A stretch of 64,000 bases of DNA, from assembly GCA_029953675.1 (NCBI GenBank), contig JAMWBK010000011.1, positions 1,378,051 to 1,442,050 on the forward strand. The letters are read 5' to 3'. Every line of letters starts with the position of its first letter. The first letter of the stretch is position 1. This document shows positions 25,080 to 36,250 of the stretch, piece by piece. The stretch is from Rhodosorus marinus CCMP1338 (Eukaryota > Plantae > Rhodophyta). Under the pieces are notes generated by a model that saw nothing but the letters and a program-made list of their open reading frames with translations, did not search any database and was not told where the DNA came from. The translations under genes and the position numbers were made by a program.

Positions 25080-25390
25080 GTCAGTGCTTAAGCCAAAAGG
25101 CAGGCACCGTCGTCGTTTGATTTCTCGACGTCTGCTGGGCATTGTTGGGTTGTGTTTTCCTGGTATCTCCTGTGTCCATCTGGTGATGGTTGGCTTGTAG
25201 GTCAGCCTGAGGCAAAGTTCTGGCTCTGCAGTCTCTACGGCTGGTAGGGTCATCTCTGTATCCGGGAGTGTGCCGTCAGCAGACGTCTCGAGAGCGTTTC
25301 TGTTGAGGAGGCGCCGGAAGGTTGCAGAGGAGTTCCGCGTGGGGGTTACCCTCTTGTGCATCCTCCTGAGGTAATTGGGATGTCGGGCTA
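25080..25390 (-). mobile_element. T-group fragment spanning the ORF1/ORF2 junction
   Basis: Encodes EGNPHAELLCNLPAPPQQKRSR and MPSRRREIKR, homologous to T1 EDNPHAELSCNLPEPPQLKRSR and MPSRRRGRKR. Confidence 0.75.
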
Positions 25391-25410
25391 CCCCAGACTA
25401 GCGCAACCCC
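25391..25410 (-). repeat. Variant interstitial telomere tract, inverted
   Basis: Reverse complement GGGGTTGCGCTAGTCTGGGG has 2 mismatches to the canonical repeat and sits at a junction between two element fragments. Confidence 0.7.
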
Positions 25411-25885
25411 GCGTTAGCAGGGCTTTTCTCCAGGTACGCCGTCAGCGAGGGCAGGCGGTTCTCCAGCGAAGCAACGACAAGAAGGCTGGTCAGTTTTGAG
25501 ATCAGTACGTGCGGCGACGCTTCGTCGCAGTTGCTGAGAGGGGCCTCGGTGCTGAATGCGCCCATGCGCAGTCCACGAGCGGAGAGACGGCAGCGTCGGC
25601 CACCGGAAGAGGTGGGGAAAACCCAGCCATCACAAAAGAGTGTGGCGAGGAGAAGTTTCACCACCAAAGCGCCACAAAAACTGGCGAATATCCAATACAA
25701 AGCACCACGAATCCTCCACCACAACCCAACGAAAAGGAGAGAAAGCCCGCAGACAAGCCACACACTCAAAAACCCCGGGCAAAGACGGAAGTCAGTGCCT
25801 CCGAACAAACACTATGATAATCAAAAACCCGCCCAACCCAACACCATAAACCCTCACAAGCCACCAGAACATCTATATTGCCGGT
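25411..25885 (-). mobile_element. 5' end (UTR plus ORF1 N-terminus) of a D-related element
   Basis: SKLTSLLVVASLENRLPSLTAYLE matches SKLTSLLVTASQEHRLPLLIAYLE at ~40880-40960; shared TATAGAT..GTGAGGGT.TATGGTG. Confidence 0.75.
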
Positions 25886-27320
25886 AGGGCTGTGCCAAGT
25901 GGGTCGGGTTTTGGGCGGCCTCTTCTAACGTTCAAATTTTCTCCCGCACTCATCGCCTGGTTCCTTTGTTTAATCCAATGCTGAAAAAAAGCCGAGGGGC
26001 AAAATTGATTGCGAGCGGCGAAGATCGCTCCAACATTAATTGACTCGAGAAGTGGACGGCGATAGTCGTCGCACTACGTAGGTTCACCTTCTGTTCCTAA
26101 TCCTAATGTTTCGGGAGTGATCCGCGAACGTATTGACCGTCTTTCCTCGTTGACGGGTGAACAATGGGGGGGAAAGACGGTCAGGACGTACGCGTACACT
26201 CCCGAACATGAATTGAATGAATTTATTTAAATTAGTGAATGATTGACTGAATGATTGATTTGTATCGATCTAACCGATAGTTAACGGCGCGGGGAGAGCT
26301 GTGGTGGTCCAGCCGATGTGTTCCAATCATCATTGGTGAGGTTAGCTACTCGGCAATGAGTACTGGTGGGCTCTTCCATTTATTAATCCTTGAATATTCG
26401 TCGCTTTTCTGACGGGTGAAATCCTGAGAAAAGAAGAGACCACCCTCTCTAACGTTCGAATTTTCCTGCCTGAAAAAACATCAGTAATAACAACAAAGGA
26501 CGCCTACCTCTGTAGGACGGCCCGTTGAACTTCCGTATGGTTCAAAATATAATTCAAAATTCCATCTCGTTCAATTTCGTCTTTTGTTCTTTTTTGACTT
26601 CAGGGTGCTGAGTATTGGGTGCTCCCTACGTTGTTTAAGTGTCGCTCTCTGGCATATTTTGGCAGCATCTCGCCGATGTGCGCCACCACCGGCTGGGCAG
26701 CTCTTGCATGCTTCTCTCCCTAGTACCTAGCTCCATTTTATAAAACCGCTTCAGGCTATGCTAGTAAACCACCAACACTCTGAAGCTTTGCAAGAACGGA
26801 CGGCGTTCGACTACGGGGTCACCCCCCCCCCATAGGACAATGGATTCCCAAGATATGTATATAGTCGAAATTGCAACTGAAATTTTGATTTAATTGGACA
26901 CCAAAGACACACGGGGGCAAGTTGAACTATAGAAAGCATGGTGGATTGTCTTCTCATTTGGAGGGGGAGGGGGGAGGGGATTTGAGTGATGTATCAAAGA
27001 AATTCATTTTGAACACATAAAAACAATCTAATCGAATGTCGAAATTATATATATGAAAACTAAACTCAGGAATCTGTATTTTTTGATCAAAAGTTTTGGA
27101 AGTTTGCGAAGTGAAAAAGGTCAAAAAAATTGAATAGTCGAAATTACATATTAAATTCTATTTTGGCCTCGGTTTACGTTGGTCTGAGAGAATTCAGAGG
27201 CTGAAAGAAAAAAAACGTTGTCAGCCAGGTGCTACCACATACAAATCATGGCCGTTCCCCAGCGTTGAGTGTACATCGGGGGTGGGTCGTGCCCTTAATT
27301 TCTTATCATTATTACTTCTT

Positions 27321-27420
27321 TGCGCATCAATGCAGCTTTGATGTTGGAGGCGCGAGTTCTTCGTAGTCTTTTTTTCCCCTCGGAGTTTTTTCTTTCAGCC
27401 TCCGATTAAACCATTCATTC
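27321..27420 (+). mobile_element. 100-bp D-group 3'-end insertion with 10-bp TSD
   Basis: ATTACTTCTT at 27311-27320 and 27421-27430. Confidence 0.85.
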
Positions 27421-27927
27421 ATTACTTCTTAATGAAGTTTTCTAATTTGCATACACAGTGCTGCTCACGCAATCTTGCTCGACTCTAGTCCTTAGTCTTC
27501 TTGCACGCCTTACCTGGACTTTACTGGACTTTACTAGCATAGCCTGAAGCCTTACGTAGCGCTTCAGGCTATGCTAATAAACCCAATTGGCAACAAAACA
27601 AAGTGGAGGAGAAAAGTTGAACATTAGATGAATGTGTTTAGCGGACGTTGAAAACATGAATGAGTTTGCGGACACTGAAAAAAAAAACGATAGAAGGTGT
27701 GGTCGGTTGCTTTCGCCCGGGTGTTGATGAGTGGAAAGGATGGAAAGATTTGTTTCTATGAATCGAAATGCATTGGAATAGAGATGTATTGGGGCCGAGG
27801 TCCCACACTATTTAATCTACGAGGTTAGCCTGCGGAGCATGCCGAGGTGTGAGAAATTGAGTTCGGCTCAGCGACCTTTTTTGGCACAGGGACCAATTCT
27901 GGCTCATTGTTGGGAGTTTGAAGAAAC

Positions 27928-28854
27928 ATGAAGGCTATTCCAGTATTGCTTTTGGGGCTTATGGCCGTGGTTTGTCTCTTTGTGGAAACGAAGGCGCAGA
28001 ATTTGCAGGATGAGATTTGTGTCCCACTTGACACATTTGAAGATGTTGTGAACGGACTGCTAGGTACTATCCATCTCGACTGGACCAACATCGGACCTTA
28101 CAATAAGAAGAACAGGAACTGGATTAAGCAGAAGTCTTGGGTCAGCCTCGGTGCATTGGGAAGGTACACGTTACCTGCCGCGGTGATAAAGCACAAGAGG
28201 GGTAGCAAAATCTACTATGAGCACATCAACAAGTGGGGAGTGAGGAAGGGTGGATTCTCGGTGAAGGTAGTCAAGCATAAGAAATACGACTGGGCTTTGA
28301 GAATCAAGGTTGTCTATGAGAGCGATGGTGACGAAATCATTGTCAAGTGCTATGACAAGAAGACCAAGAAGCCTTGCAAGAACCAGAAATACAACAACAG
28401 AGGCCAACTGGACAAAGTCACAGCGATCATCCACGCCGCAGTGAAGACGGAAAAGAACTCTCCAATTCTCAAGCTGAAGAACTATCACAGTCTGTTCAAG
28501 ATGGAGAGCAAGTTCGGCAAGAAGCTCTTAGAGAAGTTTGGAGATGAAAAGAAAGGCTGGGTCGGCAAAAACAAGAAACCCCTAAGGACGGTCGAGGATT
28601 GGGTGCTTGGCTACCTCGTCGATGGCGCACTCACCGAGCTGCTCTTCAATTTCGATGTCAACAACCTCATCGACGGTTACCTTGTCGACCAGAAAAAATA
28701 CGACGTCGGTAAGCTCTTAGGCCTTGCCGACGTACCTTTCGTTGGTCTCCTGGACAAGAAAGTACTGGAGAAACTCGATATTGTCCAGGCAACCAAGAAG
28801 AAGAATTCGGTATGCCTCAAGTATAAAGTGCCGCTCTCCGCGTTGTTTTCATGA
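27928..28854 (+). CDS. Secreted Lys-rich protein of unknown function, 308 aa
   Basis: ATG-initiated ORF with a hydrophobic signal-peptide-like N-terminus ending ..ETKA|Q; no recognised domain. Confidence 0.75.
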   Translation: MKAIPVLLLGLMAVVCLFVETKAQNLQDEICVPLDTFEDVVNGLLGTIHLDWTNIGPYNKKNRNWIKQKSWVSLGALGRYTLPAAVIKHKRGSKIYYEHINKWGVRKGGFSVKVVKHKKYDWALRIKVVYESDGDEIIVKCYDKKTKKPCKNQKYNNRGQLDKVTAIIHAAVKTEKNSPILKLKNYHSLFKMESKFGKKLLEKFGDEKKGWVGKNKKPLRTVEDWVLGYLVDGALTELLFNFDVNNLIDGYLVDQKKYDVGKLLGLADVPFVGLLDKKVLEKLDIVQATKKKNSVCLKYKVPLSALFS

Positions 28855-29259
28855 TGAGATGATGATTGGCGTATGTCAGAAAGAAATAAAAGTTCCCCAT
28901 CTCTCTGCGTGGATTGAATGGACAGCCTGTCTCCGTTGACGTTGTATTATATCTTACTGTGGAGTGGTTCGGATGACTTGCTTCTTGTTTCCGAGGAAAC
29001 ATTTTCGTTATACACTACACTGGCTTTATTAGCACTACACTAGCACCGTTCTAGCTGATGCGGGCTGTGTAGCGAGGCCTTTGCTCCGCGAACAGAAGCA
29101 TTCCGCTCCTGTCATTCCCGATCCACTTACCCCCCGTGGAAGGCCAGACCTCTCCTGGGCCCACTTTTGGGGCCACATCCTGCCCCCGCTAGTATCCCTA
29201 GTCCTGCGTATTCCCAGATCCTCCGTCGTGGTTCTCTGAGCAACGCACGGCTACTATGG

Positions 29260-30600
29260 TGGTTTTACTAGATAGCTTTATTAGCATAGCCTAAAGCGCT
29301 ACTCAAAGCGTGAAAATGAACTAAGAACTAGGTAGGGAAACGTGCAAGGCCAGGCGCCGATGGCGCGCCGCGGCCAGCATGGGTTTAACTGGCTTTATTA
29401 GCCTAAAGCGCTACGCAAACCGTGAAAAGGAACGAAGAACTAGGTAGGGAAGCGTGCAAACCCAGGCGCCGATGGCGCGCCTCGGCAAGCATGGTTTACT
29501 GACTTTATGGCATGGTTTACTAACAAAGTCTGAAACGCTACGCAAGACGTAGAAGGAAACTAGGCACGTTGGAGAAGAGGATGCAAGCCCTAGGCGCCCC
29601 GATTAAACAAATTCGATGATCCCCTCTGGGTTTATTCTTTCGCTCTCGGATTACAGAAATTCATTTCATCAATGACTCATCAACGGTTCAATGCCTAGGC
29701 CGGAGATAATTGATTATTAGACTAACCTTGATTGAATATTGTGGCGCATGAATGCCGCTTTGATGTTGGAGGCGCGAGTACTTCGCCGCGCTTAGTCTTT
29801 TTTTCCCCTCGCGGTTTTTTTTTTTCAGCCTCCGATTAAACCATTCGTTCGATTGAATATTGGTCGATTTATCTTTGGTCTATCTCTCGTTGGCTTCGGG
29901 AACTGTTCCGCGAACGCCCTAACCGTCTGTCCCCGCTGTTTACCTGTTTTCAGTTTCTTGTTGTGGCGTGTGAACGTGCTTTGATGTTGGAGGCGCGCGA
30001 TCTTCGCCGAGCTCAGTCTTTTTTTTCGCCTCGGGGTTTTTTCTTTCGGTCTCCGATTAAAGAAATTCACAAGTCCATCCACTTCAAAAATTTATCTGAC
30101 GATGGGCGTCCGATGAATGTTAGCAGACAGCCCACGACAACATGTAATACGGATCCAGAATTTCGGGGTTTCGCTCTTGATTTATATCCATTGTTTCATC
30201 CAGAAAAGGTTTTTTTCGGACCCCAACAAAGCGCGTCGGCTTCCACGCTCCCCTTACGGCTACGGTAGCCACGAGTGATCCATTGAGTACAAAACCTGAC
30301 ATACGTATCCGGCAATTGGGCGATTGGGCAATTTAGGTAATTGGGTAATTGGACAATTCGGCAATTCGGCAATTCGGCAATTCGGCAGTTGGGCAATCCG
30401 TGTGAGATTTTCTTTTAAAGAGAGTTCGTTGCGCTTTCGTTCGCTTAAGTTTCCTGCTGTGGCGCATGAATGCCGCTTTGATGTTGGAGGCGCGAGTACT
30501 TCGCCGCGCTTAGTCTTTTTTTCCCCTCGGGGTTTTTTTCAGCCTCCGATTAAACCATTCATTCATTTCGTTCGACGAATGGTTTAATCGGAGGGCTATC
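29260..30600. mobile_element. Cluster of stacked C- and D-group 3'-end fragments
   Basis: Three ~100-120 bp C-type ends on the minus strand at 29270-29600; D-type ends at 29742-29851 (TSD ATTGAATATTG), 29960-30070 and 30444-30565 (TSD TTTCGTTCG). Confidence 0.8.
30311..30396. repeat. GGCAATT(C/G) 8-9 bp minisatellite
   Basis: About 10 imperfect copies. Confidence 0.85.
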
Positions 30601-31293
30601 GTTGGTGCAGAGCGAAAACATAGAAAACAATTATTTTAAAGTATATCATAAAAACTAGAGAAACACGAATAAAAACATTTAAAACGTAAAATGTTGTCAA
30701 GGACGTACTGAAAGCACCAATCAGACATCTAAAAAATAATAACAAGAGGTAACTCAACATGACCTCTAACGACAATTTTCTCATATCAAGCAATGAAAAA
30801 GCGCCAAGCGTCCCTATCCAACAGAATAAAATTTATTTCTTCTTTGTTTTCTGCCTGCTTCGGGGGGGGGGGAGGGGGCGCGATGCGTGCCAGTATCGAG
30901 CTAGAGCGGAGGATGGAGGACAAGCACATTGAGGAGGGCGGTCGTCTGGCAGGGAGCGGGCTTCGAGAGTGGGTCTTTTCTTACCATTTTCTTGTCTGGA
31001 ATCTTACATTCTTGGTTCGACTCGAAAAACTCAAGAGCAACGAAGTCGAAAACGAAGTACGATGTGAGAAAAGATGAGTTCAGCATTTAAAGGCTGAATC
31101 GCCGGAGGGGGTGGCCAGGTTGTTGGTGAGCTGATTTACGGTGGGCTAGTGTTCTGTATCCGCCTGAGTGAAGAGTTTCCTTTTAGTGAGCGGCTATAAC
31201 GCGCCGGTGAAGTTGCGTGTGTATGAGCTGGTGAGGTGCGTGACTTGTCGTGTTGGTTTGGAAAACGTTGGGTGCTGAGAAGAAATTCCAACA

Positions 31294-33930
31294 ATGTTCT
31301 GGAAGTTGGTGATATTCTGTCTGGGATTATTCGGTGTTATTAGCATCACCTCGGCTCAGGTTCAGTATGGACATCAGTCATGCAACAAGGATCTTCTTAA
31401 GGATGACTGGAAACCCAAGAGGTATGAGCGATTCTCGGAAATTTTGGCTAAGACGCCGCATGGGAAGCCGGTTAAGATACCATGTGGAGTGGCGGTGATT
31501 GTAGATACTAAAGATATCCCCAAAGTTAATGGAATTGAGGTTCTCGGGCTTCTGTATGTACCTCCGAACGTTGGTAAGCTTGTGGTTAGAACTCAGTACG
31601 TGCTTGTGACGGGGTACCTGAGGGTCGGAGATGAGCGAGGGATGCGAAAGGGTAGCAGGGTTGATTTCGTTCTGGACAACTTTGACTACAAGCTGAAGGA
31701 TGTCATCGTGAATTCTGAGGAACTGGAGATCGTAGGTGGGAAGAACGAGGTTGTAGGTAGTGACGGGAGACTTGGACGACTGTCGTTTGCTGTGATAGGG
31801 GGACAGATTGAGATTCATGGGCTTGCTAGAAAAGATACTAGATCTGTACACAACCTCCTACATCGGAGGGCGGAGAAGGGAGATGAAGAGATTACTGTGG
31901 AGGAGCCGTGCGAATGGCCGATCGGGTCGAGAATTCTGATTGCTACGACGAGCTACCGTAAGCGGGAAACGGAGGAACGGGTGATCAAGGGGACAAGCAC
32001 CAATTCTAAAGGTATGGCGGTGCTGAAGCTGAACAGACCGCTCAAGTACAAGCACCTCGCTACCGAGGATTCGTACGAAGATGTGAAGGGCTACAAGGTG
32101 GAAATGCCCGCGGAAGTTGTGCTATTGACTCGGCCTGTGAGGATCAGCAGGCGTAAGACGAGCAAGCAGTCAAGCAAGTTCGGACCGCACTTGATGGTAG
32201 CGAACACACAACTCAAGCAGGTGATCCACGGCGTGGAGTTTGTCGAGATGGGTCAGCTGGGGACGCTCGGGAGATATCCGATTCACTTCCACCTGTGCGG
32301 AAAAACGGATTGGTCTGAAGTCTATGGATGCAGTATATTGCGAAGCAATCAGCGCGGCATAGTAATCCACGGAACCGACAAGGTAAAAATCTTCGACAAC
32401 GTTCTGTACGACGGGGCCGGACACCAGATCATGATGGAGGACGGAATCGAGGAACAGGGAAAGTACTACCGCAATGTTGTGGTCAACTGCGACGCCATCC
32501 GAAGACGTGACCTGCTTCCTGACTCTAGTGATGATCAAGTGTCTGGAATCTGGATATCCAACCCGAGAAACGAGTTCAAGGGGAACAGGGTAGTCGGAAG
32601 TGAAGTTGCTGGCATCTTTACTGAGCTGAGGGCCGTCACAGGACCATCCAAGGAACTCCCACGTGCGAAGAATTTTGATCCTAGGTTCGAGCTCCTCGAT
32701 CTCTTCGTGGACAACGTCGTCCACACCAACGGGGAGTTCGGGCTATGGTTCAACGGCTGGACACCGCCTAAGAGGGTCTCTGTGGGGCGCATAAACTCAT
32801 ACAGAAACCTGGTCCACGGGGTGCTAATGGAATTGAGTTCGAGCTTGGAACTCCACGACAGTGTGCTCGTAGACAACGGAGGAGGGATCGACTTGGATCG
32901 AATGCACAACTCGAGGGTGAGCGACTCTCTTATCGTTGGGAAAAGCAAAATGCCCGGGGCGAATTGTCCAAAGGCTCACTCGGTCGAGTTTAAGAATAGA
33001 ATGTTTGAGAGGGAGAGCCGATCAGCATACCTCGCTAATGTGACATTTGATGGCTTCAAGGACTGCAAGTCTACGGGTGTTGTAGGTGTACAAGGAGACG
33101 ATCCTGCCGTCCAGTTCAACGGTTGGAGTACGAGCACCGGGCTGCGCAACTGTCATTTTCTGGATATTGGACCTGATCAAGGCTTTGGTCTAAGGAACGC
33201 CGAAAAATCGGACTTTCAGTGGTCCGAGTTTGTGGCTATTCCCGCTAGAGACACAACGTGGGGGAAGAAAACGATACCCAATGGTTTTGCCATCGCTGAC
33301 ACACCGTTTATGGTCCCCGACCCAAAGAGGAAGAAGTGCGTGGCGATCAGGGAGTTTGGAAAGTTCTGTTCGGGCGTTTGCTTCAGAACGGTGAACGTTC
33401 AGCTGACAGTGGATAGTATCTTCGACCTTAGCTATCAACTTGAGGTGATCAAGGTGGACGGAAAACTTAGGTCCGAAGTAGTAGTAAGTCCGTTTAAGAG
33501 TATCCTGGCCCCCACCAAGTTGCAGTACTTCTTCACGGTGGAAACCGCTGTTAAGTACGCTGTTAAACTGAGGAAGCAAGACAACAGGCCCTTTCCCACG
33601 CGGATGTTTGTGGACGTAGGAGATCAGGACCTCAGATGCACGCGGGGAGACATTCTGCTCGACTTTGAGATGGATGGGTTCTCACTTGGCAGAGCGAGAA
33701 AGGAAAAGCAACCAGCCAAACGCTACTGGACTGGGTGCCGAAAAAAACACACGCCAAGCACTAGTGTGTACTACCAAGACAAGTGCAAGGGGGGCAAGAT
33801 GTTCAGGAGGGTTACTATCCCTCACAAGGCCTTGCCCTACAATCGCCAACAGGTGCTTGCCTCGAGCGGTCTCGAGTTCAACATTAACGAGGGTTCACCA
33901 AAATGTAAAACCGACAAGACCTGCGACTAG
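31294..33930 (+). CDS. Secreted G8-domain / parallel beta-helix protein (fibrocystin-L/CEMIP/TMEM2-like), 878 aa
   Basis: Signal peptide; G8-like Gly-spaced beta region; GRYPIHFHLCG and SNQRGIVIHGT motifs typical of this family. Confidence 0.85.
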   Translation: MFWKLVIFCLGLFGVISITSAQVQYGHQSCNKDLLKDDWKPKRYERFSEILAKTPHGKPVKIPCGVAVIVDTKDIPKVNGIEVLGLLYVPPNVGKLVVRTQYVLVTGYLRVGDERGMRKGSRVDFVLDNFDYKLKDVIVNSEELEIVGGKNEVVGSDGRLGRLSFAVIGGQIEIHGLARKDTRSVHNLLHRRAEKGDEEITVEEPCEWPIGSRILIATTSYRKRETEERVIKGTSTNSKGMAVLKLNRPLKYKHLATEDSYEDVKGYKVEMPAEVVLLTRPVRISRRKTSKQSSKFGPHLMVANTQLKQVIHGVEFVEMGQLGTLGRYPIHFHLCGKTDWSEVYGCSILRSNQRGIVIHGTDKVKIFDNVLYDGAGHQIMMEDGIEEQGKYYRNVVVNCDAIRRRDLLPDSSDDQVSGIWISNPRNEFKGNRVVGSEVAGIFTELRAVTGPSKELPRAKNFDPRFELLDLFVDNVVHTNGEFGLWFNGWTPPKRVSVGRINSYRNLVHGVLMELSSSLELHDSVLVDNGGGIDLDRMHNSRVSDSLIVGKSKMPGANCPKAHSVEFKNRMFERESRSAYLANVTFDGFKDCKSTGVVGVQGDDPAVQFNGWSTSTGLRNCHFLDIGPDQGFGLRNAEKSDFQWSEFVAIPARDTTWGKKTIPNGFAIADTPFMVPDPKRKKCVAIREFGKFCSGVCFRTVNVQLTVDSIFDLSYQLEVIKVDGKLRSEVVVSPFKSILAPTKLQYFFTVETAVKYAVKLRKQDNRPFPTRMFVDVGDQDLRCTRGDILLDFEMDGFSLGRARKEKQPAKRYWTGCRKKHTPSTSVYYQDKCKGGKMFRRVTIPHKALPYNRQQVLASSGLEFNINEGSPKCKTDKTCD

Positions 33931-34205
33931 TCTCTCCTACCCACGGGTGTGGAAGGACAGTCTGTGCTAGGACGTACAAGCTAAGCAGGGAGCAAATGAT
34001 GGGGCCGACAGTAAGCGAGTCAATGGACCCCTCCTTGAATGGCCACAGACGCTCACCAGCATGGGCAGTATATACATAGAGCAGTTTAGAATGACGTTGA
34101 AAATGGGAGGATGCTCCGATTGCAGATTTTTCTTTTTCGGCTTGAAAATAAACCGAGAAGCTTTTTCCGTGAGTCACATTCAGCGAGCAGACTTCACGGG
34201 TAAAT

Positions 34206-34387
34206 GCTCAGGCTATGTTAGTAAAACCACCATTGATCATGTTGTCTAAGATTCTACCACAAAGGACAAAAACATGGATGTTCCTAGTGTGGAACATCCA
34301 TGTGATTTGGAACATCCATGTTTTTGCCCTTTGTGGTAGAATCTTAGACAACATGATCAATGGTGGTTTTACTAACATAGCCTGAGC
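34206..34387. repeat. 79-bp-arm inverted repeat with a 24-bp spacer
   Basis: 34206-34284 is the reverse complement of 34309-34387 with 1 mismatch; the outer ends are C-type 3' termini. Confidence 0.9.
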
Positions 34388-34680
34388 GCTACGCAAGATG
34401 TAAAAGGAGACTAGGGAGAAGAGCATGTAAAAGCCTATGCGGCGGTGGCGCGCCTCGGCGCGTATGTTGCTAGAATACCTCCAGAGAGCGCACTTCAACG
34501 GCGGAGGAGCACCAGATATTCTTCAGGTTGTTCGGCAAAATATTTACGCAGCCACTCCAAGCTTGAATTTGACATATACCCAAAGCTTTCCACAATGAAA
34601 GGCTGGAACCTGTGAGACCGGCCCTCTTCCCGGGGAAGACTGGCCATGCTCTCAGCGTGTCGTCATTCCTTCACGCTGGG
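34365..34680 (-). mobile_element. C-variant 3' fragment
   Basis: Encodes ...SEARHRRIG; homologous to 38460-38760. Confidence 0.8.
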
Positions 34681-35099
34681 GAGTAAATGATGATAATCAA
34701 TAGTTGTCTAGAATAGAAAGTTCATAACCAATTCTTAACACGTACTTTTTGGAAGTTATGACGGTTCAGCTGCCTTACCGAAGGGTTTAGATCTATGGGC
34801 TAACTTTGGAACAGGGTGTTTCAGGGACGGTGTTAGGGGCGCAGCCGGTGAAGTCTACGCAAGCTATTTCGATGCAAAGCGGGAAGCTGCATCTATACAC
34901 CGAACGACGTCTACTTGCCTGGTCGAAGTTTCCGATGGCTGGTAGCTCACGTTCGAAGATTTCCGCAGAGGACGTCTTGTCCAAGTTCAAGGACGAGCCC
35001 GCTAGTTTGTGCGCCGCGAAATGCCCTATGCTCGACCCACGGATCCTCTGTCCGCGAGAAGTCTTATACTCCAGATACTGCAGATTCTCGTAGTTCAGC

Positions 35100-35480
35100 G
35101 CAACTCTTCCCGGGGAAGACTGGCCATGCTCTCAGCGTACTGTCGTTCCTTCACGCGGCGAAGTACAGAAGCTGTTGCCCCCCTGCGGAGAGCTGCAGAA
35201 GGGAGATAGGTACCGGACACGGGGCAAGTGACAGCGAGGTCCACATAGGCCTAGCGTCTGGCGGCTGCGTCCGAGACCAGCAGATCCGCGATGCAACGAG
35301 TAGAGGTGGTTGCGGAGGGTGCACTAGGCAGTGCCGATTCCACCTCGACCGTGCAGCCAACTCTTGTCAAGTGTTCGCTCATGATTTATTTCAGGCGCGT
35401 GTGTCTTTTAAGGGCAAGTGACAGTGAGGTTCAAATATGCTGAGCGTCTGGCGGCTGCGTCCGATAGCATTTCATTCAAA
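35100..35480 (-). mobile_element. Decayed C-related RLE fragments
   Basis: GACTGGCCATGCTCTCAGCG and GCGAGGTCCACATA(G/T) segments are shared with 38730-38880. Confidence 0.65.
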
Positions 35481-36042
35481 CGATCGGAATCAAGGGTAGC
35501 GTAGGCCTCACCCCCGACCGAAAGCCCTCCAATATTCGTTGCCGAATTCAGAAACCAATACGGCATGCCTTGTTGCCGGATATGCCGGATATATTGGGCT
35601 CCTCCCTTTTTGCCGGACATGCTGGTTGACCTGAACGCAAGAACGCGGTCCCTCCCTTCTTGGTTTCGCTTTCAGAAAAAAAAAGGTAGTTGGAGAATCA
35701 TCAGCCTTCGCCCAGGCTTGCCACACTCAGAAAAGCGACCATATCTGTGCGGTATTCGAAATTCAAAGGATAAATAAATAGAAGGGTCGACGCGCCACTC
35801 AACGGTACCGAGTAATGATTGGGCCATGGGCCAAGTCCGGAGTGATGACGACAATTGAAGTGCGGCTCGCAGCGTTAGACAAAAAAATTACAAAAACAAA
35901 AAAAAAGAAGACTCTCTATAAACGCAAAATCAGAAGCAAAAGGCGCGTACCTGGGTACCTACCCCGCAGAGGCTATTTTCTTCGCCTGACGGCGATTTGA
36001 GCGCCAAGGAGGCAAGCGACGCGTGCGAGCTCGAAAAACTCG

Positions 36043-36250
36043 ACCCATTGGGCACAACCCTATTGAGAGTAAATGGCCTCTCCGCAGAAGGCCGTGCTCG
36101 TAATAGTTTCTATCCGACCCACTTGGCGCAACACTATTCGGAGTAAATGGGCTCTCCGCAGAAGGCCGTGCTCATAATAGTTTCTATCCGACCCACTTTG
36201 CGCAACACGATTCGGAGTAAATGGCCTCTCCACAGAAGGCCGTGCTATTA
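36043..36250. repeat. 74-bp tandem repeat, about 2.8 copies
   Basis: GAGTAAATGG starts at 36067, 36141 and 36215. Confidence 0.9.

Noticed and set aside
29270-29600. CRISPR-like array of ~110-bp units
   Set aside because: The units are diverged C-group retroelement 3' ends (they encode ..ARHRRL..). There is no repeat/spacer structure or cas gene, and the context is eukaryotic.
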